Source of the DNA: an uncultured Planctomycetaceae bacterium
Lineage (GTDB): Bacteria; Planctomycetota; Planctomycetia; Planctomycetales; Planctomycetaceae
Assembly: GCA_963976765.1 (NCBI GenBank)
Contig: CAXBME010000023.1
Location: 62,001-126,000 of the forward strand
DNA: 64,000 nucleotides
Direction: 5' to 3'
Every line of letters begins with the position of its first letter. The stretch's first letter is position 1. A program made the position numbers and the translations under genes. Below the pieces are notes generated by a model. That model worked only from the letters and a program-made list of their open reading frames with translations. It did not search any database and was not told where the DNA came from. This document shows positions 52,461 through 64,000 of the stretch, in pieces.

Positions 52461-52712
52461 TCAGGATTTTTTCTGAACCGCGAGGTTGTTGCTAACCTGC
52501 TCGACACCCGGAATCTGTCTGGCGTATTCCTGAGCCAGTTGCTTGGCGTAGTACGATCCGACCTGGCCTCGGATCAGCAGCATGCCTTCTTTGTATTCGC
52601 ACTGAACGACGTGAGCGCCGGTCAGCATTCGTGATTTCAGGAATTGCTCCATGCGTTCCTGAATTTCGGTTCCTACTGAAACGGGACAGTCCATTGCCGA
52701 TGCAGAGTTCAT
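52461..52712 (-). CDS. BON domain protein
   Basis: LLIRGQVGSYYAKQLAQE...IPGVEQVSNNLAV. Confidence 0.8.
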   Translation of the reverse strand: MNSASAMDCPVSVGTEIQERMEQFLKSRMLTGAHVVQCEYKEGMLLIRGQVGSYYAKQLAQEYARQIPGVEQVSNNLAVQKKS

Positions 52713-53151
52713 TGAGATCCTCGACTTCTTTTTCGAATTCCTGTTGGTGGCGATGTTTCAGTGATGCGGAAATTCTGAGGCGGCACCTCGGATTGCATAT
52801 CTGAATCTACGTTTGGGGTCGATGCCGGATCGGTTGTCCAAAGATGCGAACAACAGGGCATCATCGCTGCCGCAAAGTTGTGCAGGCGGCGATCTCTTGC
52901 GAGCGATTGTCCCCTTCCGTGAGACATGAGCAAGAAGCGGGCCGAACAATAAGAACCTGCGAAAGTTTCTGAAATGGATAAAGACCGGTTTGCGGATGGA
53001 TTCAAGAAAATTTCACACCCTCGCCGAAGTTGGGTGGGAATGTTCGCAAACGGCGCCGACAGTTCTGTTGCTTCTGGAGTCTGAATGGAGAATCATCTGC
53101 GCAATGGATTCTCGCGATGCGTGACGGAAGATTTGGGCTTGCCGCCGTCGG

Positions 53152-54459
53152 ATGACGCCGATTTCCGTCCGGAACGCTACGGGTGCTGAAGGAGAAGCTG
53201 CGTTGAACGAACTCGCAAATAAAGTGCTCACCCTGATCATGGCAGGTGGGAAGGGCTCGCGGTTGGAGCCTCTTACGACAGAGCGGGCCAAGCCTGCCGT
53301 TCCGTTCGGCGGCATTTATCGAATTATCGATTTTGCCCTGTCGAATTGTATTAACAGTGACTTACGGCGGATGCTGATTCTGACTCAGTACAAGTCCGGC
53401 AGTCTCGATCGACACATCAATCAGGGATGGCGGTTCCTGAATCGACATTTGAACGAGTTCATCGACATTCTTCCGCCTCAGCAACGGCTCAGTGAAGACT
53501 GGTATATGGGCACGGCAGATGCCGTTTACCAGAACATCTACTCGATCGAACAGCACGATGCCGAACACGTTCTGATTCTCTCAGGCGACCACATTTACAC
53601 GATGGACTACCGCGAGATGATCAAGAACCATCTCGATACGGGTGCCGACGCAACCATCGGGTGTTTGCCGGTCAGCCTGGCCGAAGCTCGCGAGTTCGGT
53701 GTGATGTCCATTGATGCGAATCGTCGAGTCACGAAATTCAACGAGAAGCCGCAGTCTCCGGAAGCAATGCCAGGTGATCCCGATCGCGCACTTGCTTCCA
53801 CCGGGATCTACATCTTCAAGACAGACTTTCTGCTGGAGCAACTTTGCCAGGACGCGACGAATTCACAAAGCTCGCGAGATTTTGGCAAGAATATCATTCC
53901 ATCGATCATCAACACGCACAAAGTGCAGGCGTTTCCGTTCGAGGATCTGAAGACTGGAAAAGCCATTTACTGGCGTGATGTTGGCACTTTGGACGCCTAC
54001 TACGAAGCCAACATGGATCTGATTGCAACGACTCCGGCGCTTGACCTGTACGATTCCGGTTGGCCAATTCGGACGTACTTTCCGCCGCTGCCGCCGCCGA
54101 AGTTTGTATTTCAGACTCCGGCCAGTGACTCTCAGCCTGAGCGGAAAGGGCATGCGCTGGACAGTCTGGTCAGTGGCGGATGCGTCATTTCGGGCGGTGC
54201 AGTCAACCGTTGCATACTTTCTCGCGGCACTCGCGTTAATAGTTGGGCGACGGTTGAAGATTCGATCCTTCTTCCCGACGTTAAGATCGGTCGTCATTCG
54301 AAAGTGCGACGAGCGATCATCGATCGTGGTGTCGTGGTTCCGGAACGGACCGAAATTGGTGTCGATCGCGCGGCAGACGAAGCTCGCGGTTTTACGGTGA
54401 CCGAATCCGGCATTACCGTCGTGCCACAGATGGCATTGTTTGAAAAGCTACCGGCCTGA
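53152..54459 (+). CDS. glgC: Glucose-1-phosphate adenylyltransferase
   Basis: MAGGKGSRLEPLT..RAKPAVPFGGIYRIIDF, WYMGTADAVYQN, YWRDVGT; the start may be slightly downstream. Confidence 0.97.
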   Translation: MTPISVRNATGAEGEAALNELANKVLTLIMAGGKGSRLEPLTTERAKPAVPFGGIYRIIDFALSNCINSDLRRMLILTQYKSGSLDRHINQGWRFLNRHLNEFIDILPPQQRLSEDWYMGTADAVYQNIYSIEQHDAEHVLILSGDHIYTMDYREMIKNHLDTGADATIGCLPVSLAEAREFGVMSIDANRRVTKFNEKPQSPEAMPGDPDRALASTGIYIFKTDFLLEQLCQDATNSQSSRDFGKNIIPSIINTHKVQAFPFEDLKTGKAIYWRDVGTLDAYYEANMDLIATTPALDLYDSGWPIRTYFPPLPPPKFVFQTPASDSQPERKGHALDSLVSGGCVISGGAVNRCILSRGTRVNSWATVEDSILLPDVKIGRHSKVRRAIIDRGVVVPERTEIGVDRAADEARGFTVTESGITVVPQMALFEKLPA

Positions 54460-54582
54460 GGCCAGTTTTTGATCGATGAGCAGGAAGCGTACGTTTCGCG
54501 AAGAACCGTTTCTGTGTCATGCAAGCTCGGTATCGCGAATCACTGACGAATTCAGTAAGAGACTTGAGAGGCGGGACAAGCG

Positions 54583-56466
54583 ATGACCAGTTTCACACTT
54601 GGTGCGCAGATTGATCAACAGGGTGGGGTCGAGGGAACCCGTTTCAGAGTCTGGGCTCCCAACGCCACCGAGGTCTGTGTGCTGACTGACGGGAACGGCT
54701 GGCAGCACGGCCAGGACTGGCTGAACTCGAGCGACTCAGGTGTGTGGGAAGGGTTCATCCCTGGTGTGTCTCACGGAACGGCCTACAAATTCAGTATTCG
54801 GACGCGCGACGGCCAACTCCTCGACAAGTCGGATCCGTTTGCCTTTTTCACCGAAACGCCACCGAAGACGGCGTCCATCGTTTACGACCTTGAACGATAC
54901 GATTGGGAAGACGCCGACTGGCTGACTGAACGAGCCGACTCGAACTGGCTCGAACAACCGGTGTCGATTTACGAAGTTCACCTGGGATCATGGAAGCGTC
55001 CGTGGGATGAGCGGCGGTATCACAACTACCGCGAACTGGCTGACCACCTGGTTTCTTACGTTAAAGAACTCGGCTACACACACATCGAACTGATGCCGGT
55101 TTCAGAGTTCCCGTTTGACGGCTCGTGGGGTTATCAGGTCACAAACTACATGGCTCCGACCAGCCGGTTTGGGACGCCGGACGATTTTCGATTTTTCATT
55201 GATAAGTGCCACGAAGCGGGCATTGGCGTAATCGTCGACTGGGTGCCGGCTCACTTTCCGTCCGACGCGCACGGATTGGCTCGCTTTGACGGAACGGCCC
55301 TGTACGAGCACGAAGATCCTCGCAAGGGTTATCACCCTGACTGGCAGACCTACATTTTCAATTACGGTCGCAGCGAGGTTCGCGACTTCCTGACAACATC
55401 CGCAAAATTCTGGATCGAGAATTACCATATCGACGGACTGAGAGTCGATGCGGTGGCATCGATGCTTTACCTCGATTACTCGCGCGAAGACGGCGAGTGG
55501 ATTCCCAATCAGTACGGAGGTCGTGAAAACCTCGAAGCGGTCAGTTTTCTTCAGAGTCTCAACTCGCAACTGCACGGAGATTTTCCGGGCATCCTGATGA
55601 TTGCTGAAGAGTCTACATCCTGGGGCGGTGTGTCACGCCCCGTTTATACCGGCGGGCTTGGTTTCACGATGAAGTGGGACATGGGCTGGATGCACGACTC
55701 ACTGAGTTATATCAGCCGGGATCCGATTTACCGCAAACATCATCAGCACGAACTATCGTTTCGGTCGATCTATGCGTTTTCGGAAAACTTCGTGCTGCCG
55801 CTTTCTCACGACGAAGTCGTCCACGGAAAAGGATCGCTGCTTGAAAAGATGCCAGGCGACGACTGGCAGAAATTCGCGAACCTGCGGCTGCTATACGGAT
55901 ATCAGTACACGACTCCGGGTAAGAAACTGCTGTTTATGGGGTCTGAGTTCGGCCAGCGAGCCGAATGGAACCACGACGAACAGCTCGACTGGAAACTGCT
56001 GAAAGAACCTTCGCACGACAGCCTGCGGCGATATGTCGGCGACTTGAACCGGCTGTATCGCGACTACCCCGCTCTCTATGAACTGGACTGTTCAGCGGAC
56101 GGTTTTTCGTGGATCGACGCGGACGACGCCGACCACAGCATTTACTCGTTCTGCCGCTTCGCTCGAAATGGCGAAACGATTCTGGTCATTCTGAATTTCA
56201 CTCCCGAGCCGCAGTACGATTACCGAGTCGGAGTTCCTCATGCGGGCAAGTTTGTCGAACTGCTCAACAGCGACGCAGCCATTTATGGCGGTGGCAATAT
56301 CGGCAACCTCGGCGACATCGCGGTGAAAAAGAAGCCTCAGCACGGGCGGCCGCACAGTATCGAGATCAACATACCACCGCTGGCTATGCTGGTTCTGAAG
56401 CACTTCGACACGGCGCCCGCTGTTCAGAAGTCTGTGAAAGACAAAGTCACTGACAAAAGCCGTTGA
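54583..56466 (+). CDS. glgB: 1,4-alpha-glucan branching enzyme
   Basis: [52 protein letters not shown]. Confidence 0.97.
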   Translation: MTSFTLGAQIDQQGGVEGTRFRVWAPNATEVCVLTDGNGWQHGQDWLNSSDSGVWEGFIPGVSHGTAYKFSIRTRDGQLLDKSDPFAFFTETPPKTASIVYDLERYDWEDADWLTERADSNWLEQPVSIYEVHLGSWKRPWDERRYHNYRELADHLVSYVKELGYTHIELMPVSEFPFDGSWGYQVTNYMAPTSRFGTPDDFRFFIDKCHEAGIGVIVDWVPAHFPSDAHGLARFDGTALYEHEDPRKGYHPDWQTYIFNYGRSEVRDFLTTSAKFWIENYHIDGLRVDAVASMLYLDYSREDGEWIPNQYGGRENLEAVSFLQSLNSQLHGDFPGILMIAEESTSWGGVSRPVYTGGLGFTMKWDMGWMHDSLSYISRDPIYRKHHQHELSFRSIYAFSENFVLPLSHDEVVHGKGSLLEKMPGDDWQKFANLRLLYGYQYTTPGKKLLFMGSEFGQRAEWNHDEQLDWKLLKEPSHDSLRRYVGDLNRLYRDYPALYELDCSADGFSWIDADDADHSIYSFCRFARNGETILVILNFTPEPQYDYRVGVPHAGKFVELLNSDAAIYGGGNIGNLGDIAVKKKPQHGRPHSIEINIPPLAMLVLKHFDTAPAVQKSVKDKVTDKSR

Positions 56467-56677
56467 TCCTGTCTGGATGTTGGTTTGGGAGCGGACGAGC
56501 GGTTGCATTTCCGGTCGTTTCGCAGCACTGTTACGTTCCCTTCGGCTCGGCCTGGACCGTTTTCATCGTTTCAATACAGGGCCAGGCAACCGGGATAGCC
56601 ATTGTTTCCTTTGTGGCTTTCCTGCAGAGCACTGAAAACGAATTCTGAAAGTCCCCTGGCAGCGAATTCGATCGAGG

Positions 56678-57307
56678 TTGCCAATGAACGCTGACATTTC
56701 GGACAACAAGGTACGAGCGTCGACCTACCAACTGCTCGCGAGGTTGTGGGGCCAGGAGCCGGGGGGGCTTCTTGAACCGCTCGCCACAGAGCCGCTGGCT
56801 TCCGCATGGCAACAGCTTGGCGGCAACATTCCGGATCACACTTCGGAAGAAGTTCGAGCAGAGCTTGACGAAGACTTCTGCCGTCTGTTTGTCGGGCCAA
56901 AGGACCACTTACCTCCGATTCAGTCAGTCTGGGAAAGTGGCGAACTCGAGACTGCAGTGACGACAAGTCTTCGAGAATTCGACATGATCATCGGCTTTGA
57001 ACTGCCGTGGTCGTTCGGCGTGGTTGATGATCATCTCTGCAACGAACTGTGGGCGATGGGGCAGATTCTCAGGAAAACGGACGGACTTTCGCCGGACCAG
57101 ATGGATATTGCCGAGGATCTCGCGGGAGCATTCTTCACGGGGCACTTGTCCTGGGGGAAGCGGTTGTTCGAGGCGGTCGTGAGTCGCGAAGGTGAGCAGT
57201 TTTACGGAACAGTGGCAGGAATCACTCAACAGTTCCTCAACGACGAAGCCGTGCGGTTTGGAATTGTTGCTGACCAGAAGCAGATTGATGCAGGGACAGT
57301 TCGATGA
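56678..57307 (+). CDS. TorD/DmsD family molybdoenzyme chaperone
   Basis: DFCRLFVGP..LPPIQSVW, DDHLCNEL, FFTGHLSW; first gene of the molybdoenzyme operon. Confidence 0.85.
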   Translation: MPMNADISDNKVRASTYQLLARLWGQEPGGLLEPLATEPLASAWQQLGGNIPDHTSEEVRAELDEDFCRLFVGPKDHLPPIQSVWESGELETAVTTSLREFDMIIGFELPWSFGVVDDHLCNELWAMGQILRKTDGLSPDQMDIAEDLAGAFFTGHLSWGKRLFEAVVSREGEQFYGTVAGITQQFLNDEAVRFGIVADQKQIDAGTVR

Positions 57308-58152
57308 CTGATGACTCGGTAGACAGAGCTTCGCGAAGAGAGTTTCTCGGCAGGACAACCGCCGCAGTGGCCGGTGGAATGGCAGCGGGGCAGGTGACGG
57401 CGGTAGAAGGAGCTGCATCGCCGACCGGGAGCGGATCAAAGTTTCAGCCGGAAGCGTTCTGGAAAGATCGCATGACAGCTCCGGACGACGGCAAGATGCT
57501 GGGCTGGCTGGTGGACACTCGACGGTGCTTTGGTTGTCACGCGTGCGAGGTCAGTTGCAAGTCGGAAAACGATGTACCGCTGGGCAAGTTTATCCGACAG
57601 ACGATCTACAAAGACGTCGGCGAGTATCCGAAAGTGGCTCGTGTCTTTCTGCCGATGGCCTGCCAGCATTGCGAAGACGCACCGTGCATTAAAGCGTGCC
57701 CGTGCGGAGCGCTGCATAAAGAAGTTGGTGGAACCGTCGCGGTGAACTACAACGTTTGCTCGGGGCACGGTACGTGCGCGGAAGTCTGTCCTTACGGTGC
57801 AATCTACCTCGATCCTGTCGCGAAACAGGCCGTGAAATGCCACAACTGTTACCACCGGCTGGAGCACGATATGGAGCCAGCGTGCGTGCCGACATGTCCA
57901 TCGGAAGCTCTTTACTTTGGTGACCTGAACGATCCCGAATCGAAGATCAGCGTCGCGAAGGCAGAACTGGAAGCCAGCGAAGGGGTGACTCAATTGCGGC
58001 CCGAAAAGGGCACGAAGCCGCGAACCTGGTTTGCCGGCAAAGCGGCGGTCGAGGTCGAAGAACGAGTGCCGCGTGAAGGCGAGTCGTTCAGCCCGGACGC
58101 GTACAATATCTACAACTGGAAAGCGGAACTCGACGCGACGGAAGGAGGATGA
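57304..58152 (+). CDS. 4x[4Fe-4S] electron-transfer subunit (DmsB/NrfC/PsrB-like) with a Tat signal
   Basis: SRREFLG; CFGCHACEVSC, CQHCEDAPCIKACP, CSGHGTCAEVCP, CHNC...CVPTCP. Confidence 0.92.
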   Translation: MTDDSVDRASRREFLGRTTAAVAGGMAAGQVTAVEGAASPTGSGSKFQPEAFWKDRMTAPDDGKMLGWLVDTRRCFGCHACEVSCKSENDVPLGKFIRQTIYKDVGEYPKVARVFLPMACQHCEDAPCIKACPCGALHKEVGGTVAVNYNVCSGHGTCAEVCPYGAIYLDPVAKQAVKCHNCYHRLEHDMEPACVPTCPSEALYFGDLNDPESKISVAKAELEASEGVTQLRPEKGTKPRTWFAGKAAVEVEERVPREGESFSPDAYNIYNWKAELDATEGG

Positions 58153-58238
58153 CTGCGAGGATGTGAAATTGGCGGAATGCCGGTCCGGTATTCTCAGAAC
58201 ACGTCCAGCCGGCAATTCATCAGATATCGGGATTTCAG

Positions 58239-61154
58239 ATGCGTCGAGAAAAAATTCAAACGTCGGAAGATGTTAGTTGCGATCAGGCTGTCGAGCTGAC
58301 CGACGGCACCCGTCAGGTGTCGAAAACAACTCCCGCCGGAACAAGACGCGAGTTTTTAAGACTCGGGACTGCGGCCCTGGCGGCGTTTGGAGTTTCGGGC
58401 TGCGGCAACCGAGGCGAATCTCCCGCAAATCCTGGCACGAGAGTTCCGTCGGCGACGGGCGATAAGCCCAGGTTACCGGTCGATGAAGCTTCGACGCTCG
58501 ATCTCGAACGCTGGCAGAAAATTCGCGGACTTCCTTACGAAGAAGGCGGCGTTCACATGCCGGGAGTCTGCAAGCTTCCTGGCCCCAACGCCAGGCGAAA
58601 CTGGCCGGACCGCAATAAGTACAAAGACGTCGAAAAAGTTCCGGGCATGTGCCAGCTCTGCAGCACCGTCTGCGGCATCATCGGGTACGTCAAGGATGGA
58701 CGGATCATCAAGGTGGAGGGTAACCCCAACGATCCGAACAGTCGCGGCCATTTGTGTGCTCGTGGTCAGGCGGCGCTCAATCATCAGTACCATCCCGAGC
58801 GTTTGCTTTACCCGTTGAAACGAGTCGGTGAACGAGGCGAAGGACGCTGGAAACGCATCTCGTGGGACGAAGCCCTTGACGAAATTGCTGAAAAACTGAA
58901 GGCGATCCGCGACAGCGGACACCCGGAAGACTTTGCGTTTCACCAGGGGCGGCAGCGCAGCAAGGACGCGATCGCCAGGTTTCTCGACGCCTTTGGAACC
59001 AGCACGCAGCTCAGCCATCGGTCGCTTTGTTCCGGTAATCGCCGTGCGGCAAATCTGACCTTCCTGTGGGAAAGCGACTGGGATCTCAACGACGTCGAGA
59101 ATTCAAAGTACATTCTGAACTTCGGTTCGAACGCGTTTGAGGCTCACCAGGGGCACGTTTCGTTCGCTACTCGGATCCAGAATGGCCGCTTCAACAACGG
59201 GGCAAAGCTCGTCACATTCGACGTCCGGCTGTCGAACACAGGCGGCGGCAGTGACGAATGGTTCGCCCCGTTTCCCGGTACGGACGGCGCTGTGGCGCTC
59301 GGTATCGGCCATGTGATTCTGGCCGAGAATCTGCACGACGAAGAGTTCATCACAAAATGGACCAACGTGTCGATCGCCGAATTGCTCGAGCACTACAAAG
59401 AGTACACGCCGGAATGGGCAGAGCAGGTGAGCGGTGTTCCGGCGGCAGACATTGCTCGCATCGCTCGTGAGTTTGCGGCGGCGGCGCCGGCCTGCACCAC
59501 GATGTGCAACCGCGGCAGCTCGGCACACCTCAACGGTTACTACAACGATCGCGCCATTCAGTTGCTAAATGCGCTGGTCGGGTCGGTTGGTAGAAAAGGT
59601 GGCTGGTGCTGGAGTCCGTGGAGCGGCGTCGACCCCGACATGAAGACTCCGGCAATGCCGGCCAAAGCGAAGACGAACAGCGTGCTTGAAGACCCGCCGG
59701 AGTACCCGCTCGCCAATGTCTGGCGACGAATGCGGGTTGGTGAGATCATCTATCTCTACCTTCTACAAGGCAGGGCGAAGCTCAAGGCGTACATGACGTA
59801 CAACCTCGACAGCCCATTGACGTGGCCGGAAGAAAGTCTCACGCAGGACGTTCTCTGCAATGAAGACCTCATCAACTTTCACGTCTGCATCAACTGCTTC
59901 TACAACGAGACGGCCCATTTTGCAGACATCGTCCTGCCCTGGACGACGTATATGGAACGGTGGGATCTGGACGCTCGCGGAGCTTACAACCTGCGTCCGT
60001 ACGTTGGGCTTCGCGCGCCGATGGTCGAGCCGCTCGGAGAAGCACGGGATATTCGCGACTTCTTTCCCGACCTGGCGAGAAGAATCGGCGGCGGCATGGA
60101 AGACGCCTACGAATACGGGACGACCGAAGACTACATGCGCGAGTGGGCGAAGAACGTTCCTGAGAATCCCGATACAGGTAAAGCCGGTCTTGATCGACTG
60201 CTGGAAGAAGGCGTCTGGGAAAACACTGATCGCGAACCATTCTACGAACCGTATAACTTTGCGATTTCAGATGAAGATATGCAGGGAGCGGATGTCGAAG
60301 AAAAGACGGGCGTTGTCCTGAAGGATGGAAAGGGCATCGGAATTGTCCGCGACGGGAAGCCTGTCCGAGGATTTCTGACACCCAGCCGCCTGTTTGAAAT
60401 TCGCAGCCTGTTCGTTCAGAAGATCGGTCGCAACGAGGACTGTTCCGACATGATTGCCCGCAGTGGGGCCAAGGCTTCAAGCCGCCCGGCCAGCCACGCG
60501 GGGCACGACGTCGAGATCGAACAATTGCCGGTCTGGCTCCCGCTCCCGGAACATCAGAATCTGGCCAACGACGAACTGATCATGACCAGCTTCAAATGGA
60601 ATGTTCACAATCACGGTCGAACGATGCACCTGAAGTGGCTGGCAGAAATCGTTCATAGCAATCCGGCATGGATGAATCCGGTGACGGCGAAGAAATTCGG
60701 CCTGAAAGACGGCGACTGGATCGAGCTGACTTCTTACTTCTCAAAAATGCTCGACGACACCACTTCACATCTGCATCACGGAGAACGCGACGAGAACGGC
60801 AGGACCGTGGCGGGGACAATGCGGGTGCCGATTGTGACGATGCAGGGAATTCACCCGAACGCCATCGCGATGAGCAATTCCTGCGGCCACACTCAGTACA
60901 CGAATGTGGCTCAGGCGAAGAAAAGCAGACCCGATGGTGACAAGGTCGCTGGCATGGACACGGCTTCGTATCGCGACGCCGATTGGGAACGCAACATGTG
61001 GTGGCAGGACGGTTCCGATGGTGACACTTCGAAATGGCAACGGAACACTGGCAATGGATGGAATCAGAACACGATTCTGCCGATCGCCCCCGACCCGATC
61101 ACTGGACAGCAGGCGTTTCATTCGACGGTTGTGAAGGTGTCGCGTCTGAGTTGA
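58239..61154 (+). CDS. Molybdopterin oxidoreductase catalytic subunit, DMSO reductase family (Psr/Phs/Srr/Arr-like)
   Basis: TRREFLRLG...VSGC Tat-lipoprotein signal; CQLCSTVC...C Fe-S site; SHRSLCS (Cys Mo ligand position); PGTDGA; WMNP.TA. Confidence 0.9.
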   Translation: MRREKIQTSEDVSCDQAVELTDGTRQVSKTTPAGTRREFLRLGTAALAAFGVSGCGNRGESPANPGTRVPSATGDKPRLPVDEASTLDLERWQKIRGLPYEEGGVHMPGVCKLPGPNARRNWPDRNKYKDVEKVPGMCQLCSTVCGIIGYVKDGRIIKVEGNPNDPNSRGHLCARGQAALNHQYHPERLLYPLKRVGERGEGRWKRISWDEALDEIAEKLKAIRDSGHPEDFAFHQGRQRSKDAIARFLDAFGTSTQLSHRSLCSGNRRAANLTFLWESDWDLNDVENSKYILNFGSNAFEAHQGHVSFATRIQNGRFNNGAKLVTFDVRLSNTGGGSDEWFAPFPGTDGAVALGIGHVILAENLHDEEFITKWTNVSIAELLEHYKEYTPEWAEQVSGVPAADIARIAREFAAAAPACTTMCNRGSSAHLNGYYNDRAIQLLNALVGSVGRKGGWCWSPWSGVDPDMKTPAMPAKAKTNSVLEDPPEYPLANVWRRMRVGEIIYLYLLQGRAKLKAYMTYNLDSPLTWPEESLTQDVLCNEDLINFHVCINCFYNETAHFADIVLPWTTYMERWDLDARGAYNLRPYVGLRAPMVEPLGEARDIRDFFPDLARRIGGGMEDAYEYGTTEDYMREWAKNVPENPDTGKAGLDRLLEEGVWENTDREPFYEPYNFAISDEDMQGADVEEKTGVVLKDGKGIGIVRDGKPVRGFLTPSRLFEIRSLFVQKIGRNEDCSDMIARSGAKASSRPASHAGHDVEIEQLPVWLPLPEHQNLANDELIMTSFKWNVHNHGRTMHLKWLAEIVHSNPAWMNPVTAKKFGLKDGDWIELTSYFSKMLDDTTSHLHHGERDENGRTVAGTMRVPIVTMQGIHPNAIAMSNSCGHTQYTNVAQAKKSRPDGDKVAGMDTASYRDADWERNMWWQDGSDGDTSKWQRNTGNGWNQNTILPIAPDPITGQQAFHSTVVKVSRLS

Positions 61155-61279
61155 GTTGCAGCCTGAGATCAGGCTTGTCTGACGAAGCGACTTCAGATGA
61201 AGTGCCGCCAATCGAACCGTTGTGCAATTATTTTTGAATTGACTCTGTCTGGCAGCGCCTGACCTACGGAAAGAAACAA

Positions 61280-62797
61280 ATGAAGTCCTCGACGATGCTC
61301 CGACTGGCCGTTGTTTTCCTGGTTTGTCGGCCTGACCTTTGCTGGTCGCAATCGGCGAAGGCTGCGAACAAGCGGCCGAACATCATTTTCCTGATGGCCG
61401 ACGATCAGTCCACGTATTCGATGGGGTGTTACGGAACTCCGAAGGCGAAGACTCCGAACCTTGATCACCTGGCCGAGGATGGAATCGTCTTTGACCATCA
61501 CTACGACACGACGGCGATCTGCATGGCGAGTCGCGCAAGCGTGATGACCGGACTCTACGAATACCGGACGGGCTGCAATTTTGATCACGGCCCGATGATG
61601 AAGGGCGTCTGGCAGAATTCCTACCCGATGCTGCTTCGAAACGCCGGTTACACGACGGCCTTCGCGGGCAAGTTCGGATTCGAAGTCAAAGACTCGCCCG
61701 ACGCCAGGGGGAAAGGTGAGTTACCGGAGGGCGATTTTGACCGCTGGGGCGGCGGGCCGGGGCAGACTTCGTATGAAACGAAGAAAAACCGTTCGATGGT
61801 GAAGTACGCGAAAGAGTACCCGCATTCGACGTTGTCTTACGGCGCTTTCGGCCGTGATTTTGTGCGGGACGCCTCGAAGGGCGATAAGCCGTTTTGCCTT
61901 TCGATCAGCTTTAAGGCTCCGCATCATCCAGTGACTCCGGACCCGAAATTTGCTGACGTCTATGTCGGAGAAACGTTCACAAAACCCGCAAATTACGGTC
62001 GTGAAAACGGCGAGCACTTTTCCATGCAAAGCCGCCAGGGACGCCAGTACGAGCGGTTCGTCAGTTGGGATTACTCGGACAAATACAACGAAGTCATGGC
62101 GAAGTATTATCAGCAGATTTACGCGATTGACGTTGCCGTGGGCATGATCCGGGAAGCACTGTCGGATGCCGGAGTGGCTGGAAACACCGTGATCATCTAC
62201 ACGTCGGACAACGGGTTCATGTGCGGGTCGCATGGCTACGGCTCGAAAGTTCTGCCGTACGAGGAGTCGTCGAGAGTCCCGCTGATCATGTACGACCCGC
62301 GGCACCCGAATAGTGGGAAGAAGCTTCGTTGTGACGCGTTGACCGGGAATGTTGACTTTGCACCGACGATTTTCGATATGGCGGGCGTCGAGATTCCAGC
62401 AGGACTCGATGGGCAGAGTCTTGTCCCGCTTTACGATGACCCAACGGCAGCGATTCACGACTCGCTGCCGCTGATCAATGTGTGGGGGACGAAAGAGGTT
62501 CGCAGCCTGGGGGTTGTGACGAAGGACTGGAAGTACATTTTCTGGAGTTACGCTGAGGGAGACTTTCAGCCCACGGAAGAGCTGTACGACCTGAAGAACG
62601 ATCGGCTGGAGATGAAGAATCTGGCTGCCGACGCAAGTCAGGCCGCTTCACTCGGGAAATTGCAGGAACAGTACGATCGGCACGTCGCCGCGTGGAAAGT
62701 TCTGGCAGTACCGTACAACGATTATCAGAGGTACGCGACAGTTTTTGACCGGACGATTCCGTGGGTCGGTAAGGCTGGTCTCGCCAACGCGAAATGA
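61280..62797 (+). CDS. Sulfatase (formylglycine-dependent)
   Basis: [18 protein letters not shown] (CxxxR), [20 protein letters not shown]. Confidence 0.93.
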   Translation: MKSSTMLRLAVVFLVCRPDLCWSQSAKAANKRPNIIFLMADDQSTYSMGCYGTPKAKTPNLDHLAEDGIVFDHHYDTTAICMASRASVMTGLYEYRTGCNFDHGPMMKGVWQNSYPMLLRNAGYTTAFAGKFGFEVKDSPDARGKGELPEGDFDRWGGGPGQTSYETKKNRSMVKYAKEYPHSTLSYGAFGRDFVRDASKGDKPFCLSISFKAPHHPVTPDPKFADVYVGETFTKPANYGRENGEHFSMQSRQGRQYERFVSWDYSDKYNEVMAKYYQQIYAIDVAVGMIREALSDAGVAGNTVIIYTSDNGFMCGSHGYGSKVLPYEESSRVPLIMYDPRHPNSGKKLRCDALTGNVDFAPTIFDMAGVEIPAGLDGQSLVPLYDDPTAAIHDSLPLINVWGTKEVRSLGVVTKDWKYIFWSYAEGDFQPTEELYDLKNDRLEMKNLAADASQAASLGKLQEQYDRHVAAWKVLAVPYNDYQRYATVFDRTIPWVGKAGLANAK

Positions 62798-62842
62798 CTC
62801 GACCTCAACCCGCGTTCCGTAACTTCAAGCGTCCTTTGCTGG

Positions 62843-63601
62843 CTATTTCCCGGCCAGCAACCAGTCGAGGCCGTCATTCTTTGAAGGAGCGATCGCGTCC
62901 AGACCCTTTTCACGAGGCAGGATGCTCAGCAGTGCTCCGGCAATTCTCAGGTCCTCCTGGGTTGTGACCTTGATGTTCATCGTAGAGCCCTTCACGACAT
63001 GTACGGCGTGACCGAGCCGTTCAACCAGCGAAGCTTCGTCCGTCGCTTCAAAGTTGCCACGTTGTGCATAGGCTTCCAGAATCAGTTCACGCCGGAAGAC
63101 CTGCGGCGTCTGTGCCGCATACAGTTTCTCTCGCGGAACCGTTTCGACGATAGAGTCACCGAGGATGCGTTTCAGCGTGCTGGAGATCGGCGTTGCGGGA
63201 ATAGCGGCTCCGTGTTTTTCAGCCGCCTGAAAAATGTCATCAATCCATTGTTTAACGATCAGCGGTCTCGCCGCATCGTGAATCGCGACAAAGTCAATAT
63301 CTGACTGCACGCGAGCCAGCGCGTTCATGACAGAATCCGCTCGTTCATCGCCGCCAGCAACGATGTCCAGATCTCGAAAGCCAAGATTCGGAGCATACTT
63401 CTCCTTGAACCAGTCGAGATCGTCGGGGGAAACAGTGACGAGTGTCTGGGCGACGTCAGGCCGATCGACAAACGCTTCGACGGATCTGAGCCAGACAGGG
63501 CGTCCCTGAAGTTCTCGAAAGACTTTCTTCTCACGAGGCGACTGACTACCGAAGCGAGAACTGCGACCGGCGGCGGCGATGATGACGGCGAATTTTGACA
63601 T
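62843..63601 (-). CDS. ispD: 2-C-methyl-D-erythritol 4-phosphate cytidylyltransferase
   Basis: AAAGRSSRFG, GGDERADSV, IHDAARP, AQTPQVF, TDEASLVE, NIKVTT. Confidence 0.95.
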   Translation of the reverse strand: MSKFAVIIAAAGRSSRFGSQSPREKKVFRELQGRPVWLRSVEAFVDRPDVAQTLVTVSPDDLDWFKEKYAPNLGFRDLDIVAGGDERADSVMNALARVQSDIDFVAIHDAARPLIVKQWIDDIFQAAEKHGAAIPATPISSTLKRILGDSIVETVPREKLYAAQTPQVFRRELILEAYAQRGNFEATDEASLVERLGHAVHVVKGSTMNIKVTTQEDLRIAGALLSILPREKGLDAIAPSKNDGLDWLLAGK

Positions 63602-64000
63602 CGGACGTTGCTCCAGTCTTTGTCAGGTCATTGGTGTCGGGCGATGCTGCTCGCTGGGTGGCGCGAAACAGGTTGCCCGGCGTCTACTGAAATCCGGCAG
63701 AGCTTACTTCATCGTTCGAGCCGTACAAGCACGCGCGACATTGCAACGAATTCGCCGACCGAGTGGACTGAGAAGGCAGTAGGGGCGGGGATGAATCTTC
63801 ACGATCGTGGCTGCGTTTCAGAGTTTGTCGACGAGTCTCCATCTGGATTCTGTCGGAAGTCGCCTGAATAATGCGATAATTCAGTGTCTTTATCGAAAGT
63901 CCGTCATGCGAACTGCTCAGCTTCCGCCCTTCATCCTCGATCGAACCAGACGTCTGGTTTCTTTGATTGCGTTCGCAACTGCGGCTTTTCAAATGCTGGC

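Noticed and set aside
52783..52798. Possible sigma54 promoter CGGCACCTCGGATTGC upstream of glgC
   Set aside because: GG-to-GC spacing is 11 nt rather than the required 10.
63608..64000. Short ORFs at the right edge
   Set aside because: No recognisable motifs and conflicting frames; may include the end of a gene outside the window.

Overview
Bacterial chromosomal window, most likely from a planctomycete (inferred from the groEL-groES-groEL block, an ECF sigma/Ser-Thr kinase pair, DUF1552, a sulfatase and a bL37-like ribosomal peptide). The main discovery candidate is a compact RiPP cluster at about 6.4-14.6 kb resembling class V lanthipeptide systems. It encodes a 105-aa precursor made of three near-identical 31-aa Ser/Thr/Cys repeats whose nucleotide differences are almost all synonymous, an APH-type kinase, and a HopA1-like lyase fused to a LanC cyclase with intact Zn ligands. 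A divergent luciferase-like (LLM) oxidoreductase and a frameshifted TonB-dependent receptor flank it. Other non-obvious signals: integron-type cassettes and attC-like sites without an integrase (3.2-3.8 kb and 17.6-19.3 kb), a decayed ParE toxin beside an intact antitoxin, an ECF/kinase/C-type-lectin/FHA/pseudo-protease signalling island, an AmrS-AmrA-AmrB triple fusion, tandem dynamin-like GTPases, a TorD-FeS-molybdoenzyme operon with no membrane-anchor subunit, a sigma54 promoter upstream of groE, and a 32-aa bL37 gene missing from the ORF track. All calls come from reading motifs by eye; no database searches were run.
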